In this document: positions 7,015 through 16,273 of the stretch, piece by piece | How the letters are laid out: each line of letters begins with the position of its first letter | Numbering within the stretch: position 1 is the stretch's first letter | Source: a virus | Taxonomy: Duplodnaviria; Caudoviricetes | Virus record (IMG/VR): IMGVR_UViG_3300009506_000151 | Span: 1-32,599 of that record | Direction: 5' to 3' (one strand) | Length of the DNA: 32,599 nucleotides | Made by a program: the position numbers and the translations under genes | Notes under the pieces: generated by a model | Told to the model about the DNA's origin: nothing | Database searches by the model: none | Seen by the model: only the letters and a program-made list of their open reading frames with translations

Positions 7015-7685
7015 GCCACTGACCTCAAAACCGTTTGCGCCAGGCTTCCGAGATGCTGCATCACCGCTTCGTGCTGAGCGTCCCCGCGGGATTTCACTTT
7101 CTCTACGTCCCGCATGACGTTGGCGAGCTTCCGCATGAGCTTGGCCATTCCGGCGTAAAGTTCGCTTGCCGCGTCTCCGTTGTCTTCGATGGCATCAAGA
7201 CGCGTCGCGAGCCCTGACAGGCGTTCTTCAATGACCGTTGTTGTCGTGGCTGGCGTGATGTCGACGGGCCGGCGCTCCAGCGTTTCAATGCGCTGGATGG
7301 CCTCTGCAAACGCCTTCGGCAGCACGAACTCCTGGGAGTCCTTAAAGGCGCTGAGATCCTTGGTGATGCGCTCGATCTGGTCGACATACTCTTGGGGAAG
7401 CGTCTCGACCTGCGTCGTCACGACTTCCCGGCTCGGCTTCTTGGTTTCAAGCGCGAAGACGCGATCCGTCAGCGCTTGCAGATCGGGCGTGACGACTTCA
7501 ACCGAACTGACCGGGGATTGCCCCTCGAGCATCCCAAGACGCTCTTCAATCCGCCGCAATCGTCCATCAAGATTCTGCAACTTCTCGAGATGCTTCTTGA
7601 TCTCGATCGATGCGCGTTGCGCAGACTCCTGCGCCACCGCAGCGGTTTGTGCCGCTGCGGCTGCTGTTTCAGCATCCGGTGACAT
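7011..7685 (-). CDS. coiled-coil hypothetical protein
   Basis: Repeated RxxxLE heptads; GGAG RBS. Confidence 0.65.
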   Translation of the reverse strand: MSPDAETAAAAAQTAAVAQESAQRASIEIKKHLEKLQNLDGRLRRIEERLGMLEGQSPVSSVEVVTPDLQALTDRVFALETKKPSREVVTTQVETLPQEYVDQIERITKDLSAFKDSQEFVLPKAFAEAIQRIETLERRPVDITPATTTTVIEERLSGLATRLDAIEDNGDAASELYAGMAKLMRKLANVMRDVEKVKSRGDAQHEAVMQHLGSLAQTVLRSVA

Positions 7686-7719
7686 GGGTTCTCCGTTTGG
7701 TGAGTTTACGCACGCACCG

Positions 7720-9447
7720 TTATTTGGACTTGTCGCCTTCCTTGGCGATCTGCTTCAGCTTTTCGAAATCCTGCTCGCTCACGGCTGGCATGCCGTTCGG
7801 GCCGGGAATGACCATCGAATATTTCTCAGCTATCTTGACCAAGCTGTCATCGAACAGGACGTAGTTGTAAGTGCCTTGGCCGCTTCCGCGGGAGCCTTGG
7901 TCTAGGTAGCGAATGCCGGGGATGCCCATATTTTTAAGACGGTCAGTTGCCTGCTTATCGCGCAATGGGCCGAGACGGATAGTCTCGAACTCTTTGGCAT
8001 CTCTGCCTATCCGTACCCGTTCTACAAGTCCTGTCTGTCGCCACTTATCCTGCATGGCAGCAGGCATGTCAGCAAAGGGCCCATCTAGAGATAGGAAATC
8101 TTCAGGCTTGGCGTTTATCGTGACCTTGTAGAGACGGCCTTGCTGGATGATTGATGGATCAATTTTCTCGAATATCTGCTGTCGTTCAGCGTCCATCTTT
8201 CTCTGAAACGAAATTTCTCTCTCTGTTGCGCCGTTAGCACGCATTCGCTCAATATTGCGCTCCAATACGTTCTGCAGCGCCTTTGTCGGCGCTATGCCTT
8301 CGTTCTTTGCAAGTTGTATGGCGTCCGTATAAGTTCCAACTAGGCTGCTCCGTATACCTTCATTCTGCCAACGATCATTCATCCCTTTCGTGGCCTGAAC
8401 TACAGCGCTTTCCATTCCGCTGCGGTATTGGTCGCCCGGAACCTCTCGCCCAAATAAGCGGTATGAGCGAGCCGCATTGTCATCTCTATAAGTTCTGGCG
8501 ACCGTCGGAGACTCAGCAAAATACAGCCCATGCCCGTATGCTTGAGCGCCTTCGCCTGTGCCTATTTTGCTAATGTCGAACTTCTCAAAATCATGCGGGC
8601 TGCCATGATAAGCCGTGATGCCTGTTGGCTTTGGCTTTGGCTTTGGCTCAGGAGGTGCGCCACTGGAGGACACGTGATTCGGTGCCTTGGCACTTTTCAT
8701 CGCACGCAGCGCCGCCGCTCCGAGACTGCCCGTGATGGCACTGCCAGCGGCACCAGCGCCGCCGCGCATCATGGAATCGAAACTGACATAGCCTTTCGGT
8801 GCATTCGGATCCTGCTCGAAGCCAAGGCCCTGCCTCAACGAGCGATATGCATCAAGCAACCCCTGCGGAAGACCTATCCCCGTCTGTGTCGATCCATCCG
8901 GCATCTTGTAGTCTCCGAGCGGGACCACGCCGCCGCCTGCCATCTGGTATCCACCCTGCAGAAACAGCGGCACGAGCTGCCACAGCGGATTGTCCTGCGG
9001 AAGATTCTGGATAGCCTCGAGGATCGCCGCCGTGTCAATCTGAGGCGCCTGCTCCTGTTGCGGCTGCGCGGCCGGTGCCGGGGGCTGATATGCCTGCGCC
9101 TTCCAGAACGGCACGTCAGGCAGATCAAGAATATCCTGAAAACTTGCACCAGATGCGTGCTCTGTCTGCGCCTTCGGGTCGAACGGTTCAGGTTCCTTGA
9201 AATCCGGCAGATCGAGCAATTCGCTGTCTGACACCGACGGTCCCGGTACCGGAGGCGCTTCAGGCTGCGGCGGTGGCTCCTGGGGTGGTATCGCCATGCC
9301 GCCGACTTCCGGCGCCTGTGGCTGCGCTGCGGCCGGCATGGCGCCCGTCATGATGCCTGGAATGCCCGTACCTGTCCCCATGTCTGGAGGCGGTCCTGCG
9401 TCTGGTTTTGTCCCCTTCGTGGCAGGGGGCAGCGTTGGAATGGCCAT
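7720..9447 (-). CDS. Pro-rich protein with C-terminal ADP-ribosyltransferase-like (ART-PolyVal type) domain
   Basis: AYHGSPHDFEKFDISKIGTGEGAQAYGHGLYFAE...GRLYKVTI...GIPGIRYLDQGSR...NYVLFDD. Confidence 0.75.
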   Translation of the reverse strand: MAIPTLPPATKGTKPDAGPPPDMGTGTGIPGIMTGAMPAAAQPQAPEVGGMAIPPQEPPPQPEAPPVPGPSVSDSELLDLPDFKEPEPFDPKAQTEHASGASFQDILDLPDVPFWKAQAYQPPAPAAQPQQEQAPQIDTAAILEAIQNLPQDNPLWQLVPLFLQGGYQMAGGGVVPLGDYKMPDGSTQTGIGLPQGLLDAYRSLRQGLGFEQDPNAPKGYVSFDSMMRGGAGAAGSAITGSLGAAALRAMKSAKAPNHVSSSGAPPEPKPKPKPTGITAYHGSPHDFEKFDISKIGTGEGAQAYGHGLYFAESPTVARTYRDDNAARSYRLFGREVPGDQYRSGMESAVVQATKGMNDRWQNEGIRSSLVGTYTDAIQLAKNEGIAPTKALQNVLERNIERMRANGATEREISFQRKMDAERQQIFEKIDPSIIQQGRLYKVTINAKPEDFLSLDGPFADMPAAMQDKWRQTGLVERVRIGRDAKEFETIRLGPLRDKQATDRLKNMGIPGIRYLDQGSRGSGQGTYNYVLFDDSLVKIAEKYSMVIPGPNGMPAVSEQDFEKLKQIAKEGDKSK

Positions 9448-9454
9448 CAGCCCC

Positions 9455-12400
9455 TCACATCATCGAATTGCGTTTCATCGGCTTGGCGCCAAGGCCGCGG
9501 CTTGACGCGCCTTCCACCTGCCGGAACAGCCAGGAGAGATAGAAGAGATTCTGATAGGGCAGGGACCGGCGCAGCGCGCGCACGTCACTCTCGTTGATCT
9601 GTTCGCCCTGGAGCGCCTGACGGCTCAGCCCGCCCGTCCCCTGCAGGATGTCCTTCACGAGCCCGGCTGTCGGCCCCATGATCGCGTCAGCGTAGTTGCG
9701 CGAGGCATAGCGGGATACGCGCCGGCCGGTCAGAGCACTGATCCCGATCGTGCCGCCCGTCACGGCTTCCGCAAAGTGGTTCACGTCGAACAGATAGCCG
9801 GTGATGCCGGACCGATCGATGGCCGTGGCGATCCATTGAGCATCTGTCTTCGGCAGTTCCTTCTCGTTCGTGATTGCCTTCAGACGCTCGACCACAACCC
9901 CAAGCGCGATCATGGACAGCGCGCCAACCAGAACGCCTGCGTCGCGCTCCTGCATACCGGCCATCATGGTACGTTGCACAGTCGATATCGAAAAGCTTTT
10001 GAACTGTCCGACGATCTTTCCCACTTCCGTAGACATCCACAAAGGCCGATCCTGGCCAGGCGTCACCACCGTTCTGTCCACATCGCGCACGATTGCCGCG
10101 CGGTAGCTTTCAAGCGCATTCCGCACGCGCGGCTCGCGCACATTCCAGTCCTTCGTGTTCGGCAGGTAGACGGCACCGTGCTTTGCACCGTTCAGCTTCC
10201 ACTGTTCCGCGATGATTTTTGCGTCATCAGGAGAAATTCCAGCCGCGGCCAGCCGCCGGATCATGCGCGGGCCTGCCGTCCCGTCGAGCACCTTCAGTGA
10301 ATACCTAAGGATATTCGTCTGCACGATCATCCCGACCCACTGCTTCATGGCAGAGTTCCAGGGATTCATCAGCGCCAGCGTGCCGAAATTATCCTGAGCA
10401 GACCCAAGCGCGCGCTCGAATTTGGAATACCGCCCGAACTGATCCATGACATCGGCAATCGCCATCGAGCGCGTTGACAGGATCATGTCGAGCGCCGTCC
10501 CGGCGAGCTTGGTTTCACGCCCTGACATCTTCACCGCGCGCAAGCCGTTCAGCAGCGGCACAACGCCATCCCTGAACGTTGTGAGCAGACCTTGCGTCAT
10601 CATCACGCGCGGCACGTCCGTCAGCGCCGACACCGTCATGCCGCCCAGCAAGCGCATGAAATTGAACGTCCGCAGCAGGCGCCCGAACCTGGGCAGGAAC
10701 CCCATCGGATTATCAGGCACCATGTAGGTGCCGCGCAGGCGCTCCACGATGGCCTTAAGATCACGGTCGTCACGCTTGCGCATCTTCTCGAGGTTATCGA
10801 GAAGCTCCATTTTCCTGCCGTCCGGCGCGTCCATGCCTTCGACCTGCGCCTTCATGCGCGCATAGTCGTCGTCGAGCTTCTTGAATGTCTCCGCCATGTT
10901 GACAGTGCCGAACCGCCTTGCGATCTCGTTGTCAGGAACGACTGTCCGCGTGTAGAGCCTGGCCAACATGTCGCTGTCTCGCTCAAGAAAATCCTCGAAG
11001 GCTCCGTGACGCGGGCTCGTGTACGTGTCCTTGATGCGCAGGGTGCGCGGCTTGAGCGGCCCGCGCTTGCCCCAAGGCAGCTTGCCAAGCAGGCGCCCTT
11101 CCGACGCCCCCATGATCGTGTGTGCGACTTCTTCCGCTGCGCTCTTCAACTCGGCTTCGGCCATGTCGACAAAGGCTTGCAGCTCCTTGAATGACTTGTC
11201 TGTCTGATCGATGCCCTCGTTCAGCATCTTCGACAGCAGACGAGATGCCCTGACCTGCGCCTCCGCAAAATGGTCCGTGATGATGCCGACGAACCGGTTC
11301 CACTCTTTCGAAATCCGCTCGCGCTTGTAGTACCGCGGCGCATACGACTGGCTCTTGTCGTCGAAGACGTGCGCCAGTGTCTGCTCGTCCACCACGTCCG
11401 TGTCTTCGCCGCGTGCCGCCATGCGCTCGGCCAGGAAGGGGCGCACCTGGTTGAAGCGGTTTGACACTTCCATGCGGACATTCTCGCGATAGGCCAGCGG
11501 ATCGTCCATGAAGCGGAAACCGTCTTCCATGCCGAGTGTGTCGACGACCTGCTTGCCATCCTGATAGAGCACGTCGAGCGGCGGCTCGTTCTTCACACGC
11601 GCCGTGAATGTCGCCAGCGCAGCCTCGTCCTGCGCCAACACGCCTTGAACCAGCTTGATGTCCCCGGGCGGCACATCCACCTTGCCTATCATCCGCAACT
11701 TGATCTGAAGCGCCTCGACGGTTTCCAGTCGTGCGACAGCGTCCTTCATCGCCAGCGCTTCCGGCGTGCCTGACATGAGCCATAGCGCCAGATCGTCCCG
11801 CATGCCTTCCGGGATCTCGACGCCCGCCGCGCGCTCCATGCTGGTGACCGTACCAAACGCGGCTGCCTGCTCTGGCGATGCACCGACTTGCGTGATTTTC
11901 GGTCCTTGCGGATTGGCCTGCGGATTGGCCAGGCTCTGCCCCGTAGGGCGCCCGCGCATGACCACTTCGGCGTCGAGGTTCCCGACCTCGATCGCCGTAT
12001 CCGCGTGCCGATCGAACAGCTTTCGCAGTTCAAGCGCCGCCTCACGAACTTCCGGAATAGCGTGCTCGTCGTTGCGGCTCAAAGCGCGGCCGACTTCCTC
12101 GCGAAACTGCTTGTGCGTCAGCTTGCCGGTTGGCTGGAAATATTCCCCGATGGTGCTGCGCGCCGTCCTGAATCGCACGTCAGGCTTTCCAAAGTAGTAT
12201 TCCCCGAACTTCGTGTCCGTGATCCGGAGCGTTTCGCCAAGCTGCGCTTCCCCTATCGTCTTGATGCGTGTCTCGACAGAGCCGCCGGCCGGCGCCGTCG
12301 TGATGCCGCCCCTGTTCCGCGTGGTGGCAAGCGTCGTTTCGAACAGTTCAACGCCGATCTCACGCGATACGGCCGAAGGCGAGTTCAGCACCCGGATAAC

Positions 12401-13270
12401 CGGGTCCTGAACAGAGAACACCGGAGCAGAAGCCAGCCCACCCGTGTTCTCGAGATCGACACGAGGCAGCTTGTTCTCAGCCGCACCGACAGATCGTGCC
12501 GTCAGCAGACCACCCGCCCCGAACGGATCGCGTTCAGTCGGGCCACGTCCTGCTGCCTCAAGCAGATCCAGACCCGCCGCCATACGGTTCAGCCGTCCAG
12601 ATGCAATGCCGGCGGCTCCTGCCCCGAACAGCGCCCCAAGCAACACGCTTGAGCCTACGTTGATGGCGCTTTCCACATTCGACCGCGTGGCCTGCTCGTG
12701 TTGCAGCATCATTTCCTGCAGCAGCGAGGCCCCGCCGAAGAGCCCTGCACTGGCTGCAGCACTCTTGGCCACATTGGCAGCGATCTTGCCGCTCTTGAGC
12801 GCGATGCCGCCCGGGATCAACAGCGTCGGGCTGGCAATCCCAGCCGCGATGCTACCGGCGTAACCGGCCCAGCCACCAGCCGCTAACGTGCGCTGGTCTT
12901 CCAATTCCTTGTTGATCTTCTCCATGATGAAGTCGGTTTCTTTCTGGTTCCGACTTCCGATGAAAAGATTCCAATATGGCTCTGCCGCAGTCCCGCGGAT
13001 TGAATCCAGCGGGTTGTGTTCCGGGTCAGGATCACCAAAATCGGCCGTCCCCTTCAGGAACGCCAGCACATCGCTGTCGTGCCGAAATCCCGCGCCGAAC
13101 GCTTCTCCCGCCGTGGCTTGCCGCGGGCCGGTTTCCTCCTGTGCCGCTCGAAATGAGCCAGGGGCGGCCCGTGTGATGTTCTGCTTGAGCAGGCTCGTGT
13201 CAGGTTCCGGCGGCGTCATAACCATCCCATCGGGATGGCCAACCGGCGTGAAGATGTCGGGCTCTGCCAT
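9455..13270 (-). CDS. large internal virion (ejection) protein, T7 gp16-position
   Basis: 1271 aa, helical; C-terminal GKIVGQFKSF...DRSG...GPTAG...LPYQNLFYL as in podovirus ejection proteins; synteny. Confidence 0.75.
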   Translation of the reverse strand: MAEPDIFTPVGHPDGMVMTPPEPDTSLLKQNITRAAPGSFRAAQEETGPRQATAGEAFGAGFRHDSDVLAFLKGTADFGDPDPEHNPLDSIRGTAAEPYWNLFIGSRNQKETDFIMEKINKELEDQRTLAAGGWAGYAGSIAAGIASPTLLIPGGIALKSGKIAANVAKSAAASAGLFGGASLLQEMMLQHEQATRSNVESAINVGSSVLLGALFGAGAAGIASGRLNRMAAGLDLLEAAGRGPTERDPFGAGGLLTARSVGAAENKLPRVDLENTGGLASAPVFSVQDPVIRVLNSPSAVSREIGVELFETTLATTRNRGGITTAPAGGSVETRIKTIGEAQLGETLRITDTKFGEYYFGKPDVRFRTARSTIGEYFQPTGKLTHKQFREEVGRALSRNDEHAIPEVREAALELRKLFDRHADTAIEVGNLDAEVVMRGRPTGQSLANPQANPQGPKITQVGASPEQAAAFGTVTSMERAAGVEIPEGMRDDLALWLMSGTPEALAMKDAVARLETVEALQIKLRMIGKVDVPPGDIKLVQGVLAQDEAALATFTARVKNEPPLDVLYQDGKQVVDTLGMEDGFRFMDDPLAYRENVRMEVSNRFNQVRPFLAERMAARGEDTDVVDEQTLAHVFDDKSQSYAPRYYKRERISKEWNRFVGIITDHFAEAQVRASRLLSKMLNEGIDQTDKSFKELQAFVDMAEAELKSAAEEVAHTIMGASEGRLLGKLPWGKRGPLKPRTLRIKDTYTSPRHGAFEDFLERDSDMLARLYTRTVVPDNEIARRFGTVNMAETFKKLDDDYARMKAQVEGMDAPDGRKMELLDNLEKMRKRDDRDLKAIVERLRGTYMVPDNPMGFLPRFGRLLRTFNFMRLLGGMTVSALTDVPRVMMTQGLLTTFRDGVVPLLNGLRAVKMSGRETKLAGTALDMILSTRSMAIADVMDQFGRYSKFERALGSAQDNFGTLALMNPWNSAMKQWVGMIVQTNILRYSLKVLDGTAGPRMIRRLAAAGISPDDAKIIAEQWKLNGAKHGAVYLPNTKDWNVREPRVRNALESYRAAIVRDVDRTVVTPGQDRPLWMSTEVGKIVGQFKSFSISTVQRTMMAGMQERDAGVLVGALSMIALGVVVERLKAITNEKELPKTDAQWIATAIDRSGITGYLFDVNHFAEAVTGGTIGISALTGRRVSRYASRNYADAIMGPTAGLVKDILQGTGGLSRQALQGEQINESDVRALRRSLPYQNLFYLSWLFRQVEGASSRGLGAKPMKRNSMM

Positions 13271-15819
13271 CAGCGCTTGATCGGTGCCAGCCGTTTCAAC
13301 TGGTCACCAAACTCCTTCTTCGCCTTGTTCGCCCTGCGTTCTGTTTCGGCCTTCTGCTTCATCTGTTCTTCAGCTGCGGCCCGCTTGTCCGCAAACGCCT
13401 TGGCGAATGCGTCTTCAGCGCCCTTCTGGTCTGGCGTCCAGCGCTTGTTGAACAGAGACTGAATGATCCCGTTCTTGTCCTTGTAGAGAACGGTATAGCT
13501 TGGCGGCTGGCCGCGCATGACCTCGCGTTGGGTCTGCGCATCTGCCGCAATCGCGATGTTGCCAGGATCGACCTTCTCGCCCGTTGCAGCGCGGATCGTT
13601 CTCTGCAAATCCGTCGTTAGCCACGCATGATCTGACTTCGTGGCCCCGCCGAACCACTGCTTCAGTGCCTTGACGTTGCCCACCGGCTTGTAGAATTTTT
13701 CCGGCGGATACCGCATCAAGGTCTTGGACCCTGATACTTCCGTTGTGGCCCACATCCGTTTCATCTGCAGCGCCGTCACCTTCTTGGCGATGTCGACGTT
13801 GCCAAACCGCGTGACGTTCTCGCGAAAGATCTCCTTGTACTGGCCGAGCGCCACGACTTCGTTGCCAAATCCGTTCGGTGACACTCCGGACCAATACGAT
13901 TCATCCCAGACGTTGGCCACGTCCTGCGCCGTGATCTTGGCGGCCTCTGTCTTGGCCAGGATCGCACGCTGTTCCTTTTTGGCCTCCCATTCCGGCGTGT
14001 CGAACTCTTTCATGCGCTGCAGCGTTTCGGCGTCGGAATAGCCAAGCGTCTTAAGCGCCGAGAACGTTTCGGCGTGCTTCTTGATCTTGGCACCGTCTGC
14101 GACTTCATCGAACAGGTACGGCTTGCGCGCCAGCAGTCCCGCCGCGATCTGGTGGCCCATGGCCGCCTGCTTCGGGTCGTCCTGCGAGATCAGCCATTGC
14201 ACGGTCTCGGCCGCGGCCTTCGGCATGTAGTTGGTTTTCAGGCCCGTCTGAAACAGCAACTGTATTGCTTGCGGGTCGCCCTTGCCGATCGCGTCGCGGA
14301 ATGCCGGCGTGTTGAACAGGCTGTCCAGAACGTCGCGATCTTCCTTGTTGTACTTGTTGAACGGCACCGCGCCGGCCAGGATGTCGCGTGCATGCTGCTG
14401 CTTGGCCAGTTCTGCCTGCGCCTTGGCCTGGATCTTTGCGGCGGCGAGCGAGATGCGCGCGATCTTGTCCTGGTTCTTGATCACCAGTTCGTCGAAATAG
14501 TCCTGCGAGGTGAGTGGACCTTTCTTCGCAACGCTGATCGCCGGCATCGTGCCATCAGGTCCAGCCGCGCCAAAACCATCTCTGCGGATGACGTCCACCA
14601 CGCCCATGCCTTCACCGACCTGCCGATGGCCTGGTGCAAGCTCCTGATGTCCGTAGATGTCCTTTGCGGTGAATCCGTATTTTTTAGCGAGCGTGTTCGC
14701 GAGCTTCACGCCGGCAGCAATCTGCTGCGGTGTCGGCTTTTCGCCCGGGCGAAGCATCAGCTCAACGCCAATCGTGTTGTCGTTGGCAAAGTCAGGCCGT
14801 GCATCATGCCTGCCATTGGGTCCAACTGTCCCCCGCCCTGCACCGACGTGGCCCATCCGCACGTTATCCGGTGCCCACTGATAAAGCGTGCCGTCCTTCG
14901 CAATGTAGTAATTGGCGCCGGTCCCTTTCTTGTTGGACCACGAGCCATTGCCTTCCATCGTGTCGGAGCCTTCGGTGTAATGAAACACCATGCCTGCAAT
15001 CTTCGACGTGCGCGGGCGCCCGACCGTGCGCTTCAACGGCAGTGGTGCGAACTGCAACGGCCCTTGGGGGACGTTCTGCGGTGTCTCTAGCGGTTTGATA
15101 CCTTGTTCCTGAGCAGCGCGCGGGCTTCCAGGCGTCGGGCCGATCCGTGTGGCCTTGTAGCGCTCGATGATCGCCCGCGCCTGCGGTTCGGCATCGATCC
15201 CGGCCTTCTGCAGCCACGTCTTGAAGATCGCGTCCGCGGCCTGCTCCCTCAGCTTGGCCTGTGCCTGAGGCGGCAGCCCTGCCATTGAGCCCACAAGACC
15301 GTCAACCGCCTTCAGTCCTGAACTGACAGATCCCAGATCCTTGTTGATCCGCGGCAGGATCGTGGTGGCAAAGAGGTTCGTTCCCTGGTTGACGTACCAG
15401 CGCGCACGGATTTTTCCCTGATCGCCGTAGGACCGGCGCTGATACTGCCCCCGAAAATGCTCCCTATAGTACGGCAGATATTTTTTCTGGCTCTGGGGGA
15501 CGCCCGCCTCAAACTTCTTCCAGTCGGCGTCAAACCCCTTCAGAACATCAGTTGGGAAGTTGCCGGCGTCTCCATCGACCGTGTCCCGGTAGGTCGTATA
15601 CTTCTGTTCCTGCTCGTTGGCCAAGCGCTGCAGATCCGCCCGAAACTTGAAGCTATCCGCCTTCTCCTGCTCTGCTGCCAGGCTGGCGCCAAGGCTGGAA
15701 AGCTGACGACCAAGGCCCTGCACTGCCTGACCTGGCGCCGCATATCCGCCGCCAGACGAATAGGGCTGTGGCGCAAAGCTGGTGCCGACAGTGCGGTTTG
15801 AACGGGGAAGCTGTGGCAT
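13270..15819 (-). CDS. internal virion protein with N-acetylmuramoyl-L-alanine amidase (Amidase_2-like) domain
   Basis: MVFHYT...ANYYIAKDGTLYQ...GHVG...NDNTIGVEL...PTPQQIAA...IYGHQE; synteny. Confidence 0.8.
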   Translation of the reverse strand: MPQLPRSNRTVGTSFAPQPYSSGGGYAAPGQAVQGLGRQLSSLGASLAAEQEKADSFKFRADLQRLANEQEQKYTTYRDTVDGDAGNFPTDVLKGFDADWKKFEAGVPQSQKKYLPYYREHFRGQYQRRSYGDQGKIRARWYVNQGTNLFATTILPRINKDLGSVSSGLKAVDGLVGSMAGLPPQAQAKLREQAADAIFKTWLQKAGIDAEPQARAIIERYKATRIGPTPGSPRAAQEQGIKPLETPQNVPQGPLQFAPLPLKRTVGRPRTSKIAGMVFHYTEGSDTMEGNGSWSNKKGTGANYYIAKDGTLYQWAPDNVRMGHVGAGRGTVGPNGRHDARPDFANDNTIGVELMLRPGEKPTPQQIAAGVKLANTLAKKYGFTAKDIYGHQELAPGHRQVGEGMGVVDVIRRDGFGAAGPDGTMPAISVAKKGPLTSQDYFDELVIKNQDKIARISLAAAKIQAKAQAELAKQQHARDILAGAVPFNKYNKEDRDVLDSLFNTPAFRDAIGKGDPQAIQLLFQTGLKTNYMPKAAAETVQWLISQDDPKQAAMGHQIAAGLLARKPYLFDEVADGAKIKKHAETFSALKTLGYSDAETLQRMKEFDTPEWEAKKEQRAILAKTEAAKITAQDVANVWDESYWSGVSPNGFGNEVVALGQYKEIFRENVTRFGNVDIAKKVTALQMKRMWATTEVSGSKTLMRYPPEKFYKPVGNVKALKQWFGGATKSDHAWLTTDLQRTIRAATGEKVDPGNIAIAADAQTQREVMRGQPPSYTVLYKDKNGIIQSLFNKRWTPDQKGAEDAFAKAFADKRAAAEEQMKQKAETERRANKAKKEFGDQLKRLAPIKR

Positions 15820-15820
15820 G

Positions 15821-16273
15821 CTATCCGATCTTCAAGCTCGTGCCGGCGCCCTTGAGCCCGGAGAACAGACTTCCAACCGCACCGATGGCGCCGGCCGTCT
15901 TGTAGCCCTTGGCTTGCATACGTAGGTCAGTGGCCTTGTTTTCGTAGCCCACCGCCTGCGTCTCGCCGCTCCAGATGATGTTGGCCGTGTCGAGATACTG
16001 GTCGCGGTAGGTGTCCTGATTGATGACGATGTCCGGCGATCCGGCCAGCCTGACGCCAGACGCACCGATCAACGCCCGTTGGCGTCCCCTGAGCGAGACA
16101 TACTCGTCCTGCTTCTTGTCGGCGTTGGCGCCGGCGGCCTGCCGCGCCGTGCGCGCATTGATCTCAGCGACCTTGGCGTTGTATTCGGCCTGTGCCGCCT
16201 GCGCCTGTGCTGACGCAATGGTGCCGATGGCCGACACCGCAGCACCGATCAGGCCAAGAGCCGGGATGCACAT
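15821..16273 (-). CDS. internal virion protein, T7 gp14-like
   Basis: MC start, Ala/Gly-rich N-terminus, QAEYNAKVAEIN...GASGVRLAGSP. Confidence 0.75.
   Translation of the reverse strand: MCIPALGLIGAAVSAIGTIASAQAQAAQAEYNAKVAEINARTARQAAGANADKKQDEYVSLRGRQRALIGASGVRLAGSPDIVINQDTYRDQYLDTANIIWSGETQAVGYENKATDLRMQAKGYKTAGAIGAVGSLFSGLKGAGTSLKIG

Noticed and set aside
8625-8648. (TTGGCT)n tandem repeat
   Set aside because: An in-frame hexamer encoding a PKPKPKP linker; not a phase-variation tract.
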